Source: Pirellulales bacterium
GTDB taxonomy: Bacteria > Planctomycetota > Planctomycetia > Pirellulales > UBA1268
Reading direction: 5' to 3'
DNA: 52,613 bases
NCBI GenBank assembly: GCA_044337765.1
Contig: JBIIMX010000001.1
Coordinates: forward strand, 1-52,613
The position numbers were made by a program, and so were the translations under genes. The notes under the pieces are model-generated. The model was given only the letters and a program-made list of their open reading frames with translations, was not told the origin of the DNA and did no database searches. Below are positions 9,378 through 18,348 of this stretch, in pieces (position 1 is the first letter of the stretch; the number at the start of each line of letters is the position of its first letter).

Positions 9378-9596
9378 TTAGCTCCTCTTCTTGGGTTTGG
9401 GTTGCTTCTTCTTCACGAACACGAGGCCGAGCTCCAGGCCGATCCTGTCGAGCGAGTCGAAGGAGAGACCCGGCCGCTGCCGGAGAACGAACTTGGAGAG
9501 CGAGCACTCGCTGACGCCGGTTCTCTTGGCAAGCTCGTATCGAGTGATCCCGGCCTTCTCGATCGCGTCTCGGAGTTGCTCGCTCAACGGTTTCAC
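9378..9596 (-). CDS. XRE/Cro-type helix-turn-helix regulator
   Basis: 72 aa. ITRYELAKRTGVSECSLSKFV is a classic HTH. Its stop is 1 nt from the int start. Confidence 0.7.
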   Translation of the reverse strand: MKPLSEQLRDAIEKAGITRYELAKRTGVSECSLSKFVLRQRPGLSFDSLDRIGLELGLVFVKKKQPKPKKRS

Positions 9597-9623
9597 AGGG
9601 TACTGTCCTCTTCGTCTAGCAGT

Positions 9624-10193
9624 CTACCGATCCTTGAGACGCTCCGCCGGAACCCAGCGGACGCGAGCCGACCTTGCGGCCTCCAGCACGTCCGGCGGGA
9701 GCTTCAGTCGCTCGGCCACGAGCTCGACGGCCTGCCGCCAGAGCGTCTCCGCGTCCGGCCTCTTGGCCAGGAGGGACAGTATCGCCGGCTTGTGAGCCGC
9801 GACGCGAGCCTTGAGAGCCGCGTCCACGGCAGACGGTGGCGAGAGCCGTAGCCGGCCGTCCACGGCCTCCACGGCCACGCCGGCGGCCGCCAGGTCGTCG
9901 AGCACTTGGTCGGCGTCCACGAGCTCTACGAGCACGTCGCCGTGGCACGGCAGCGGTTTGCACCAGCACGCGAGCCGCCGGCCTCGTAGCTCGTGGAGAC
10001 GCCGCAGGAGCTCCGGCTGGCCGAGGACGTGCTGACGAAACTTCTCGATCACGTCGTCCCTCGTGCCGTCCACGTCCACGACGTACGGATTGGCGAAGGC
10101 CGACTCCGCGAGTCCTCGCCGATTGTTCTTGCGTCCGACGTAGACGGCGTCGCCGAGCTCGTCGCATTTGAGATTCACAACGCGGCCGCTCAT
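9624..10193 (-). CDS. DUF4326 domain protein
   Basis: N-terminal half matches the DUF4326 pattern: VYVGR...ANPY...DDVIEKFRQHVLGQPELLRRLHELRGRRLACWCKPLPCHGDVLVELV. Confidence 0.7.
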   Translation of the reverse strand: MSGRVVNLKCDELGDAVYVGRKNNRRGLAESAFANPYVVDVDGTRDDVIEKFRQHVLGQPELLRRLHELRGRRLACWCKPLPCHGDVLVELVDADQVLDDLAAAGVAVEAVDGRLRLSPPSAVDAALKARVAAHKPAILSLLAKRPDAETLWRQAVELVAERLKLPPDVLEAARSARVRWVPAERLKDR

Positions 10194-12628
10194 AGTTCGA
10201 GGTACTCCTCGTCGGCCATGGCCTGCCGCTCCGCTCGACTGTCGGCGTCAGCGTCAGCGGAACCCAGTTTCGCGGCCTGCTTCGGAGGTTGTGCTGACGC
10301 TGCCTGCCCGATGAGCACGAAGAGCCGTGTAGGCCGACCTCCCTCGCCGCTCGTCGGCTTGTCGATCCATAAGCCACGGCCGGCGTCCACGAGCCTCTGG
10401 AGAGCTTCTCCTGCCGCGTTGGCGTCGGCGATCGACCGGACTCCAGCAATCACGTCGCGGACGGCCACGCTGCCGCCGTGAGCGATCACGAAGGCCGCCA
10501 GCCGGTCGTCGGCCTGACGGGTCGCTCGCTCGGCCTCACTCTCGGCGAGCAACGCGTACACGCGACGCGTCTCGTGCTTGAACCAGCCGGTGAGCTCGAT
10601 CGCGGCAGCCATGCTACCGGCGTCGATCTCGCCGGCGACGACGTGCTCTCCAGCCGCGAGCCTGGCCTCGTGGACGACCAGTGCCAACCGGCCAGCGGTC
10701 TCCTCAAGCTTGCTCCACGCGGCCGCCAGGTCGCCGGTGAGCTCGTTCGTCTCGACGTTGTGCTCGTCGTGAAACTCCACGAAGAGCGTCTCGGCGTCGC
10801 GGTTGAGCCTGACGATCCTCGACTCCTGTCGGCCTGCCTTGAGCTCGTGCTCCAGGCTGTAGAGGTTGTCGAGCACGCGGACGAAGTCGCCTCTCGTCGT
10901 CCACCCGATCGTGTCGGTTGTCCACCGCTTCGGTCTGCGTGGTGGAGCCGCCAGTAGCAGTCGAGCCAGGAGTCCGCTCTCTCGCCGTTCAATGCCGAGA
11001 GCACGTCGGAGCACGCCTGGCTGGATCGTGCCAGTCAGCCAGACGGCGGCCTGCCGAATGTGGACCGAGCGACCAGTCCGCCTAGAGACGTTGTGAGAGC
11101 GGCCGCTGTAGGCCTTGAGAAAGAGAGCTTCGTCGGCGGCTGGCGTGCCGTTGTACCGACCCATACTGCCAAGGAGGCCGGAGAACTCGTCGGTGGCCAC
11201 GATTAGGCCTCGCGGGTTGTCGGCCAGTGCCGAGACAAGAGCCTCGCTTGTGGCGTCCTCGACGAGCACGCGACGTTGGATCGGCTCACGCGGTCGCTTC
11301 GGTGGCGGATCGTCGCTCTTCTTCGCGTGCCGCCAGGTCGAGCGTGCTTTCTCGTAGTCCTCGACCTCGACCTCGTAGGTCTGCCGCTCGGCCGCGTACT
11401 CCTCGTAGAGCCGATCCTCACGCTCGCGGACGTGATCGAGCGACACGTCGGCGGCTGGCGACTTCTGAGAGCCGCTCTCCGCGACCGTCACTGGCCAGAC
11501 GATCGGCAGAGCACTCCAGCCTGGCTTGAGCTCCACGCGTCGCGTCGTGCCGACCGCCGATCCCAGTACGGCCAGGAGCGGTAGGCTCACGAAGGCCTCG
11601 TCGCAACCGATCGCACGAGCGGCCTCTTCGATCAGCGTCGAGACGGCCTTCGGCAGAGCCGGCGTCGGGAACGGCCGCCAGGCCTCGACCGACGAGCTCG
11701 TGGAGGACGTGCTCGGCGTAGCCGGCGTCGTGCTGGCCGTGGCGGCCTTCGGCTTGAGCGGCTCGGTCTCGACAGCCTGCCGCTCGATCTTCTCGCGTAG
11801 AGCCTTGAGCTCCTCCTCGTCTCGGCAGGCCTCGTACAAGTCCGCCACGTCGCCTCCTGGCTCCAGGCCGTCGAGCTCGACGACGCGGACCGTCGCTGGA
11901 GGATCGAGCTTGTGGAGGATCGTGGCCACGTCTGCCGCGTACTGGCGGCCGGCGGCGTCGTTGTCCGGCAGGATCACGACCTCACGGCCGGCGAGCGGCG
12001 ACCAGTCGGTTTGTCTGGCCGCGTTGCTGCCACCGGAGCTCGTCGTGGAAGCAAGGCCGAGGCCGCCTTCAAGGAACAACGCGTCGCAGCACTTCTCGCC
12101 CTCGACGACGTAGACGCGATCGGCGTCCTCAAGAAACTCGACTCCGAGGAGCGGCCGTGGCTCGGTCATATGCGTTAGCCGCCAGCCGTCAGCGTGGCGG
12201 CTGAGCGGACGTATCACCTTCTCGCCGGCCGGCCGATCCCAGCGGAGCACGCGGCCGACTGGCTTGATCGTGACTGGATCGCGGTACTCCCACGAGCGAG
12301 TCGGTTTGCCGAGCGTTCGCTCGTAGGCCTTCTGAGCCTCGTTGGCGGTCGGATACGCCTTGCTTGTCGCCTTGCTCGACGAGCTCTTCTTGGCTGGCGT
12401 GGAAGTGGCGTCAGCGTCGAAAAGATCACGCTCTTCCAGGCCGAGAGCCGCGACGATCTTCTTGTGATCGCATCCGGCGTGGCACTTGAGGAGTACGCGG
12501 CCGTCGTCGCCGACGCCGATCGACAGACTGGCTTGCCTGTCCTCGTGAGCCGGACAACGTGCCGACCAGCCGCTCGAGGTTTTCTTGACGCTGTCGAACT
12601 TCGTCAGGAGCTTGGTAGCAGCACTCAT
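10190..12628 (-). CDS. Primase (Zn-finger + Toprim) fused to a DUF3987-type helicase-like domain
   Basis: 812 aa. Zn-binding SARCPAHEDRQASLSI...LLKCHAGCD. Toprim motifs VYVVEGEKCCDAL and VVILPDNDAAGRQYA. The large C-terminal region is typical of P4/satellite-type replication proteins. Confidence 0.8.
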   Translation of the reverse strand: MSAATKLLTKFDSVKKTSSGWSARCPAHEDRQASLSIGVGDDGRVLLKCHAGCDHKKIVAALGLEERDLFDADATSTPAKKSSSSKATSKAYPTANEAQKAYERTLGKPTRSWEYRDPVTIKPVGRVLRWDRPAGEKVIRPLSRHADGWRLTHMTEPRPLLGVEFLEDADRVYVVEGEKCCDALFLEGGLGLASTTSSGGSNAARQTDWSPLAGREVVILPDNDAAGRQYAADVATILHKLDPPATVRVVELDGLEPGGDVADLYEACRDEEELKALREKIERQAVETEPLKPKAATASTTPATPSTSSTSSSVEAWRPFPTPALPKAVSTLIEEAARAIGCDEAFVSLPLLAVLGSAVGTTRRVELKPGWSALPIVWPVTVAESGSQKSPAADVSLDHVREREDRLYEEYAAERQTYEVEVEDYEKARSTWRHAKKSDDPPPKRPREPIQRRVLVEDATSEALVSALADNPRGLIVATDEFSGLLGSMGRYNGTPAADEALFLKAYSGRSHNVSRRTGRSVHIRQAAVWLTGTIQPGVLRRALGIERRESGLLARLLLAAPPRRPKRWTTDTIGWTTRGDFVRVLDNLYSLEHELKAGRQESRIVRLNRDAETLFVEFHDEHNVETNELTGDLAAAWSKLEETAGRLALVVHEARLAAGEHVVAGEIDAGSMAAAIELTGWFKHETRRVYALLAESEAERATRQADDRLAAFVIAHGGSVAVRDVIAGVRSIADANAAGEALQRLVDAGRGLWIDKPTSGEGGRPTRLFVLIGQAASAQPPKQAAKLGSADADADSRAERQAMADEEYLEL

Positions 12629-12852
12629 GCTGTCACCTCCTGACCGACGCGGCGGCTCTTGAGAAAATCCTCCAAGGCCTTGAGCTCGTAGAGCCTGACG
12701 CGGCCTACGAGTACGCTCATGATCTCGTTGGACTTCGTGAGTCGCTCCAACGTTTTGATGCTGACGCCGATTGACGCGGCGGCCTGACGTGGCCGAAGAG
12801 CGAGCGTGGCCGCGATCGGCTCACGGTTGCGGTAGAATGAGTGCTGAGCCAT
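12625..12852 (-). CDS. Excisionase/MerR-type HTH (HTH_17-like) protein
   Basis: ALRPRQAAASIGVSIKTLERLTKSNEIMSVLVGRVRLYELKALEDFL. I use the internal ATG at 12852, preceded by GGAGG, rather than the listed start at 12927. Confidence 0.6.
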   Translation of the reverse strand: MAQHSFYRNREPIAATLALRPRQAAASIGVSIKTLERLTKSNEIMSVLVGRVRLYELKALEDFLKSRRVGQEVTA

Positions 12853-12923
12853 ACGTCCTCCTGTGACGTGGTGGTTTCGCTCGGAGTCGCTGGTTCCCGC
12901 CAGCGGCTCTTTGCGTTGGTGGA

Positions 12924-13193
12924 TCACTTGGTCGGCGTGGCAACGTGCTCACGCTGAGAGAGCCAGGCCTGGACGGCGGACGCCGGATACCTCACGAGCC
13001 GGCCGAGCTTCACGAAGCGAGGCCCGTTAGCCGGAGCGTGAGGCTGGCTCTTTGAGCGGAACCTCCACTGAGAGAGCGTCGTCACCGGAATGTCGGAGAG
13101 CTCGCTGAGCTCACGCGGACTGAGATGCTTTTCAAGAAGCACGAGGTTGGTCTCCTGAGTAAGCACGGTCGATTCACAAACGACGACCGGCAT
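12924..13193 (-). CDS. AlpA/excisionase-family HTH protein
   Basis: 89 aa. LSPRELSELSDIPVTTLSQWRF...PRFVKLGRLVRYPASAVQAWL matches the HTH_17/AlpA pattern. Confidence 0.65.
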   Translation of the reverse strand: MPVVVCESTVLTQETNLVLLEKHLSPRELSELSDIPVTTLSQWRFRSKSQPHAPANGPRFVKLGRLVRYPASAVQAWLSQREHVATPTK

Positions 13194-13361
13194 ATCTCTG
13201 GGTTACAGGAAAGACCCCGGACCCTTGCAGATAGGGTCAAAGCGGCGAGTGCCAGCGGAGGAGGAAAAAGCTTGGCAATTCGCGGGTAAAACAGGCTTTT
13301 ACGGGTCGATCGACGCCGAAAAAAATCTGTTGTGTACACAACAAGAGTGTACTGGCGACCA

Positions 13362-13832
13362 CTACGCGAACATGAGCCGGTCGAGCTCGTCGAGCTCGGG
13401 ATCGGCTGGCTCCTTGAGCACGCCGGCCGACTTGAGTCTGGCGTGGCTCGCGGGATCAAGGCCGAGAGCGGAGCCGTACCGCAGGAGCGTTGCTCGCACT
13501 CCCTGGAGTGCCTTTGCGGCCGGGTTGGGAAGTCTGCCGTGAGGAGTCGAGACGACGTGGCCTTCGGAGAGCACTTGGTCGGTGAGCCGATCGCACTCGT
13601 CGGCCATGCGGACGTAGTTCGTGAAGCACTCCCGCGTCTCGCGTCGGAGCCTGCCGTCCTCGACGAGCAACGGAACGAGCTCTTTCCAGCGTCGAAGAGC
13701 TCCTGGCGTCAGGCCTGCCGGCGGCTTGAGGAGCTGTTTGGCTTCGTCAGGCTTGGCGGCTTTCTTGGCTTGCTCGGCGAGCCACGCTCCGCCTAAGAGC
13801 TTCGACTTGCTGAGCGGTCCTCGACGACCCAT
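13362..13832 (-). CDS. Phage terminase small subunit, P27 family-like
   Basis: 156 aa. N-terminal GRRGPLSKSKLLGG..., then P..L.P.A...W..LVP.L...G.L...D, then RATLLRYGSALGLDPASHARL. These match the P27-family TerS architecture as I recall it. Confidence 0.6.
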   Translation of the reverse strand: MGRRGPLSKSKLLGGAWLAEQAKKAAKPDEAKQLLKPPAGLTPGALRRWKELVPLLVEDGRLRRETRECFTNYVRMADECDRLTDQVLSEGHVVSTPHGRLPNPAAKALQGVRATLLRYGSALGLDPASHARLKSAGVLKEPADPELDELDRLMFA

Positions 13833-13953
13833 GTGATCGGCCTCCGTATCTGGGAACTACCCTCATGCGAAAACCCGCAGCCGTACACTTCGATGAGACA
13901 TCCGTGGTCCGACGGGTTGAAAATCGGACGTGATTTCGACGTGCCCGGTTAGG

Positions 13954-14637
13954 TCAACCTGCCGCGAGCTCGCGGAGTCGGCCTGAGAGTCTCTTGGCTT
14001 CCGTGGTCCTCCAGGCCGAGCTCCTCGCTTCACGTCTCGCCGCTTCGATCGCCTGCCTGTCGCCGTGAGGAGCGAAGTACGCGATCGCTGAGCGGTACGC
14101 CGGACGCTGGCCTTGAGGAACCAGAGCGACGTGATCGAGCCGAGCCGAGCGGATCACGCGAACGACCTCGCGGCCGACTGTCCGGTGCTCGACCTTGCTC
14201 GTGGTGAAACCGACCGAGAGGCCGATACCACTCCGACCGGCAGCGGCGACGAGCATCCGAGCCAGCGGCTCGTCGGCCAGGTCGGCCTCAACGAGAAGGC
14301 CGAGCTCGTGGTCGATCGAGAGCCTGAGAGTGCCGTCCGCCGTGGTGGCGAGTTGTCCGCCGTGGTGGCGAGACTCAAGCCGGACAGGCTTCTCCTTGGT
14401 GATCGCGGCCAGAGCGTCGTGCCACGCGGCCACGTCGAAGGTCTCCGGCAACTCCCGGCGATCCTGAGCACAACGGACTGGCACGCTGACGCCAGGAGCC
14501 GCGACGCCGCACAGCACGCTGGCGTACGTTGGCGATAGCGGCTGAGCCACTCCACGCCGCACCCAGTCGGGAGCGTTGCGGAGCTTCACGGCAACGGCCG
14601 CCGGATCGAGAATCGCACAAGCTCGCTCGATAATCAC
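13954..14637 (-). CDS. HK97-family prohead protease-like (peptidase U35/S78-like) protein
   Basis: The pattern RLESRHHGGQLATTADGTLRLSIDHELGLLVEADL...GIGLSVGF...ARLDHVALVPQGQRPAYRSA follows the prohead-protease consensus H...G...D..GL.V...L....G.S.GF....L.EVSLV..PA. Confidence 0.5.
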   Translation of the reverse strand: MIIERACAILDPAAVAVKLRNAPDWVRRGVAQPLSPTYASVLCGVAAPGVSVPVRCAQDRRELPETFDVAAWHDALAAITKEKPVRLESRHHGGQLATTADGTLRLSIDHELGLLVEADLADEPLARMLVAAAGRSGIGLSVGFTTSKVEHRTVGREVVRVIRSARLDHVALVPQGQRPAYRSAIAYFAPHGDRQAIEAARREARSSAWRTTEAKRLSGRLRELAAG

Positions 14638-15188
14638 AGCGTGGCCTCCACGCTCGCGGCCTTGCCGATCCGACGAGACCGCTCCTCAATCAAGTCGTCC
14701 GCGACGTTGGCGGCCGGCTTGAAGAGTCGCGGGTTGTCTGCCGCGACGCGGTTCGCAGACTGAGCAATGCCGACCTCCGAAGTCATCAAGGCCGTGATCC
14801 GCCGGAAGAGGAGCGTGATTCGCTCGACCTCCTTCTTGGCCGCGTCGAGTGCTGCGTTGAGCTCTGGAGTCTGAGCCTCAAGAGCCTCTCGCTCGGCTCG
14901 CTTCATGGCGGTCTTATCGACCAGCCGCTTGTGCTCGACGAGAGCGGCCACGTCGTCGGCCAGGGAGTTGTGCGGCAGGCTAAGCCGCTCGGCGATCGCG
15001 GCGAGCTCGGCCAGAGTGGCACCGTCCGGCTCGCGGCCGCCGGCGATCGCTCGACAGATTTCACCCCATCGGGTTAGGTCGCCGGCCAAGGCCTCTCGTC
15101 GGAGCTCCTGGGTACGTTGTGACGCGTCGGCGAGAGCCGTCCGCCAGTCTCCAGTCGGTTTCTCGATCGTCTCACTTCGCCGTGGCAT
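14634..15188 (-). CDS. Hypothetical coiled-coil protein
   Basis: I use the internal ATG at 15188 of listed ORF 14634..15407 (MPRRSETIEKPTGDWRTAL...). The upstream part is Arg/Ser-rich and overlaps the next gene. It overlaps the downstream gene by 4 nt. Confidence 0.5.
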   Translation of the reverse strand: MPRRSETIEKPTGDWRTALADASQRTQELRREALAGDLTRWGEICRAIAGGREPDGATLAELAAIAERLSLPHNSLADDVAALVEHKRLVDKTAMKRAEREALEAQTPELNAALDAAKKEVERITLLFRRITALMTSEVGIAQSANRVAADNPRLFKPAANVADDLIEERSRRIGKAASVEATL

Positions 15189-15432
15189 AGCGTGCTCCTT
15201 GCGGGTTGGCTTTTCGGTCGGTCGCTTCGTGGACAACAAGTCCGCGAGCGGTACGAGCGGAGCGACTGATCGCTCCCTTTTTTGCAGCGGCGGCCAGGTG
15301 GCCGACGATCGCGTTGACGCCGACCTCGAGGCCGTCCGCGATCTCGCGGAGGCTTGGCGGGTAGCCGTGCTTGTCGGCGTACCGCCGACAGAAGAGCACC
15401 ACTTCACTCTGGCGTGGCGTGAGTCGATCCAT
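15172..15432 (-). CDS. Stand-alone LexA-type winged-helix DNA-binding domain protein (candidate island repressor)
   Basis: MDRLTPRQSEVVLFCRRYADKHGYPPSLREIADGLEVGVNAIVGHLAAAAKKGAISR matches the LexA N-terminal domain consensus (LT.RQ.EVL.F......GYPPS.REI...L......V..HL..L..KG.I.R). No S24 peptidase domain follows. Start taken at ATG 15432. Confidence 0.65.
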   Translation of the reverse strand: MDRLTPRQSEVVLFCRRYADKHGYPPSLREIADGLEVGVNAIVGHLAAAAKKGAISRSARTARGLVVHEATDRKANPQGARYATAK

Positions 15433-15679
15433 ATGGCCTCCTGGCGTGTTCATACTTGCAGGGTACGAACGGCCACCGGAGCCTTGCAGAAGCGAGACCG
15501 CGTCAGCACAACCCCAGCGGATCGCGGTCGCCACGAGGTTGTGCTGACGCTGACGCGATCACGTCGCCGGAGAGCGAAGGCCTTGAGCGAGTGCCAGGAG
15601 AGCCGACCGCTCCTCCGGCGTTAGACCGGCGAGCACGCGAGCGAGCTCGACCAAGTCCGCCGTCTCGTTGGCCGACACT

Positions 15680-15702
15680 GTGCCGGGTAGCGTGCCGGGT
15701 AG
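15680..15702 (+). repeat. Tandem 11-mer GTGCCGGGTAG x2 (candidate integrase arm-type sites, right end)
   Basis: Two exact copies with a 12-bp period, 40 bp inside the right att core, in the same orientation as the left pair. Confidence 0.4.
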
Positions 15703-15741
15703 ATCACCAGAGTCGGCTTTCTCGCGGCGTACGGAAGAAAA

Positions 15742-15765
15742 TTCGATCCCTGTCGAGGGTATTGG
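15742..15765 (+). repeat. att core repeat (distal copy, tRNA 3' fragment only)
   Basis: Exact 24-nt match to 8093-8116. No 5' tRNA half is present upstream, so this is not a tRNA gene. Confidence 0.85.
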
Positions 15766-15924
15766 TTTTCTGCGATTCGTTCCCGAGACTGCCATCTGAT
15801 AGTCGGCCGTCGCCGTCTTCTTCCGGGGACCGATCACCGCAAACACCTTGTCGAGATGCTGCCCGAGCGTCACGGCCGTCGGCTACGCGAGCGGGTTGCA
15901 TGCCGCTGGAGGGCTGCCAGAAAG

Positions 15925-16923
15925 TCATTGCGACGGTCTGCGATCAAACGTGGTCACCATAGTCAACGGCTGGCCTACCGTCGCCACAGGGCGAAATCGC
16001 TTGACTTCTCCATCGACCAATACCGCGACATCGACTGGCATGCGGGCCTGCCCTGACCAGCTCCTGAAGTGATGGATCGCAACGGTGTAGCGACCGTACG
16101 GCGCCAGACCTTTGGCCCAGAAAACATTCTCGACCGGGGTTCGTGTGAGCATGCCGTGATTGGCATTGGCGTCGACATCAAGAAAGCCCCCGCACAGCCC
16201 CCTTCTGTTCATCCAGCTGATCATCGAATACGAACCACCGGCTAGGGGCTCGACCATGACATGGACATCGATGTCATCGACGCTGTCCCACGCAATTGAT
16301 ATCTGCACATCTCCTGTCTTCGCTCCAGCAGCAGCAAGCCTTCGGCCCATCTCTCCGCCGAAACCACCCCCAACGCCCCCTTCCCTCTCCGACTGTCCCC
16401 CACGACCGACAGTCGCTGCAATGCGCTTGGGCATATTGGCAGGCCGTGCCGGCCGAGCAGCGTGTGGCACTTCCCCGACCAGGTCTGAGAAATCGGGTTC
16501 TACCGGCGGCGCATCGGCCACAAGTGAAACAAGCTGCACATCGCCCACGTTGACGGCGTCAGTCTCGGCAAGCAGTCGGTCTGAAATGATTTCTGCCTGC
16601 TCGACGTTGCTACTCGCAGCTTTGTCCGTCGGCATCAGCAACTCGTCCGACTGCAGATCCACCTCCCCTTGAGCGGTGCGGCTGAAATCAATCGCCAATC
16701 TCACCGGCACCGTGCGAGTGTCGGGGCCAATCAGCGTGAGGGCGAGTGCGAGCAGCAGGACCGTATGCACGATGATGCTCTGGACAATACCGGTGCGATA
16801 CAGATCGGCGACAAGAGCGTCGAGTGCATTGAAGCCTCGCCGGGCCGTGCCCACGCGAGGTGCCGCAGATGCCGCATCCCACTGCACCTTTTGCTCGAAC
16901 TTCTTCGAGCGGATGCTATTCAT
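15925..16923 (-). CDS. Membrane-anchored hypothetical protein with beta-rich C-terminal domain
   Basis: I use the internal ATG at 16923 (MNSIRSKKFEQK...). One TM (IVQSIIVHTVLLLALALTLI). The C-terminal ISIAWDSVDDIDVHVMVEP...GGFLDVDANANHG...VENVFWAKGLAPYGRYTVAIHHF is reminiscent of DUF2135/YfaP-type domains, but the match is weak. Confidence 0.55.
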   Translation of the reverse strand: MNSIRSKKFEQKVQWDAASAAPRVGTARRGFNALDALVADLYRTGIVQSIIVHTVLLLALALTLIGPDTRTVPVRLAIDFSRTAQGEVDLQSDELLMPTDKAASSNVEQAEIISDRLLAETDAVNVGDVQLVSLVADAPPVEPDFSDLVGEVPHAARPARPANMPKRIAATVGRGGQSEREGGVGGGFGGEMGRRLAAAGAKTGDVQISIAWDSVDDIDVHVMVEPLAGGSYSMISWMNRRGLCGGFLDVDANANHGMLTRTPVENVFWAKGLAPYGRYTVAIHHFRSWSGQARMPVDVAVLVDGEVKRFRPVATVGQPLTMVTTFDRRPSQ

Positions 16924-17295
16924 GCCCAGAGTCCTCGAAATATCCGCTATCGGGCAATACGGCCTGGAAACATCGATGTCTCGACAATACAGCGAGTCAT
17001 GCGCGGAGTAATTCGCCGACCCCGACGAGGCGGCACAGTCCACACGCGCCCCTACTAGGAAAGGCGTAATTCATGTCACCGAGGGGCAAAACCCATGACC
17101 AAGAGGACCGACAGCCGCCAAATCTCGGGGTTCGTCGTGTCTCTGTCCCGAGAATGCCGCTAAAAACGACATCTCGCTGTATTACGGGGTTTCTGCACCG
17201 CAGCTGAGGAGTCGCTCAGAAGCCGCCCGAATCCGCACGAGGGGATACACTCCCTGTTCGAAAGAGTTCGCGCTCACCAAAAAGCAGGCATTCAT

Positions 17296-18348
17296 ATGGG
17301 CGTTCCCAGCAGATACGGCTGTTCCATCGCATTCTTGACTGGCAGTCTCTTCGTTTCGGTCCCAGTCGCGGAGCAAGCGACGCACGCAGGCGAGGTCTCG
17401 GCTGTCGAACCAGCCACCGCTCCGGGCGTACAGTCATCGCGAACCGGGGGGGCCGGTGGAACAACGACGGTTGGGCACCCTCAGCCATCGTTGCTGCTGC
17501 TGGCAACCAATTACCGGTCGATCCGTCTCGTAGGAGACGATGAGAGCTTCGAGCGAGTCGAGAACGTTCTCGCTCGGCCCTACGAGTTCGACTTCACTGA
17601 ATGTCCCCTGCGTGACGTGGCGAGCGTCGTTTCCGATCGCACGGGCCTTCTGGTGCGTTTTAACCACCGTGCACTGGAGGATATGGGGCTCGACATCGAT
17701 ACCACCGTAGTGACCTCGGGGGCGGGCAAGCTGCCACTGAAGGATGGCCTCGGCACGATTCTGGATGCTCTCGACTTAGCTCTCCTTGTGGAGGACACGG
17801 GTATCGCGATTTCCTCACGCGACGCAGCTGACGCATCGCTCGAGCCTCGCTTCTACCCAATAGCGGCCACGGTCGATGCCGATCAGTTGATCACCGTGAT
17901 CCAAGACAGCGTGTCGCCTTTGTCGTGGGATGTCGTTGGAAACCAAGGCCATGCATGTGTCATCTCCGAAAACATCGGGCGCGGACTCGTTATTCGCCAA
18001 TGCCAGCGGGTTCACGATGACGTCGAGCGATTCCTCGCAAACTTGCAAAGGGCGGCATGGTATACAGACCCAGCGTCTCCGGAGGCCGCACCCATAAAGC
18101 GGGTCTATCGCATCGAACAGGGGGATACCCGACGTGAACTGGGAGAGAAGCTCGTAGGATTGTGCAACGAGGCACTTGCTCATGATCGAGATCCAGCGGC
18201 GACGGTCACGGTCGTGGGACCATGTGTCATCGTCAGTTCTCGGTCGCGTGTCTTCCACGTCATGGCCGGGGAACTGATCGGCTCTATTTCCGGAGTACCG
18301 CTTCATACACCAGACGCCGCGTCCGGAATGGGTGGAGGAAGCTTTTAG
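17296..18348 (+). CDS. Exported hypothetical protein
   Basis: 350 aa with a hydrophobic N-terminus (CSIAFLTGSLFVSVPVAEQA). No confident domain. The C-terminus abuts a transposase fragment and may be altered by it. Confidence 0.5.
   Translation: MGVPSRYGCSIAFLTGSLFVSVPVAEQATHAGEVSAVEPATAPGVQSSRTGGAGGTTTVGHPQPSLLLLATNYRSIRLVGDDESFERVENVLARPYEFDFTECPLRDVASVVSDRTGLLVRFNHRALEDMGLDIDTTVVTSGAGKLPLKDGLGTILDALDLALLVEDTGIAISSRDAADASLEPRFYPIAATVDADQLITVIQDSVSPLSWDVVGNQGHACVISENIGRGLVIRQCQRVHDDVERFLANLQRAAWYTDPASPEAAPIKRVYRIEQGDTRRELGEKLVGLCNEALAHDRDPAATVTVVGPCVIVSSRSRVFHVMAGELIGSISGVPLHTPDAASGMGGGSF

Larger units (their letters stand above)
8093..15765. mobile_element. Integrated element at tRNA-Arg (phage-satellite-like island or prophage remnant), 7673 bp
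   Basis: Bounded by an exact 24-bp direct repeat TTCGATCCCTGTCGAGGGTATTGG, at 8093-8116 inside the tRNA 3' half and at 15742-15765. All genes inside lie on the minus strand. The tyrosine integrase sits next to the tRNA. Confidence 0.85.

Noticed and set aside
15742-15768. Possible second tRNA at the right island end.
   Set aside because: Only the T-arm and acceptor 3' fragment is present, with no D or anticodon arms upstream. It is the att duplicate.
15559-15873. 104-aa minus-strand ORF spanning the right att repeat. It contains PIPSTGIE, as does the integrase C-terminus.
   Set aside because: The shared peptide is just the translated att/tRNA repeat. The ORF crosses the island boundary and has no other support.
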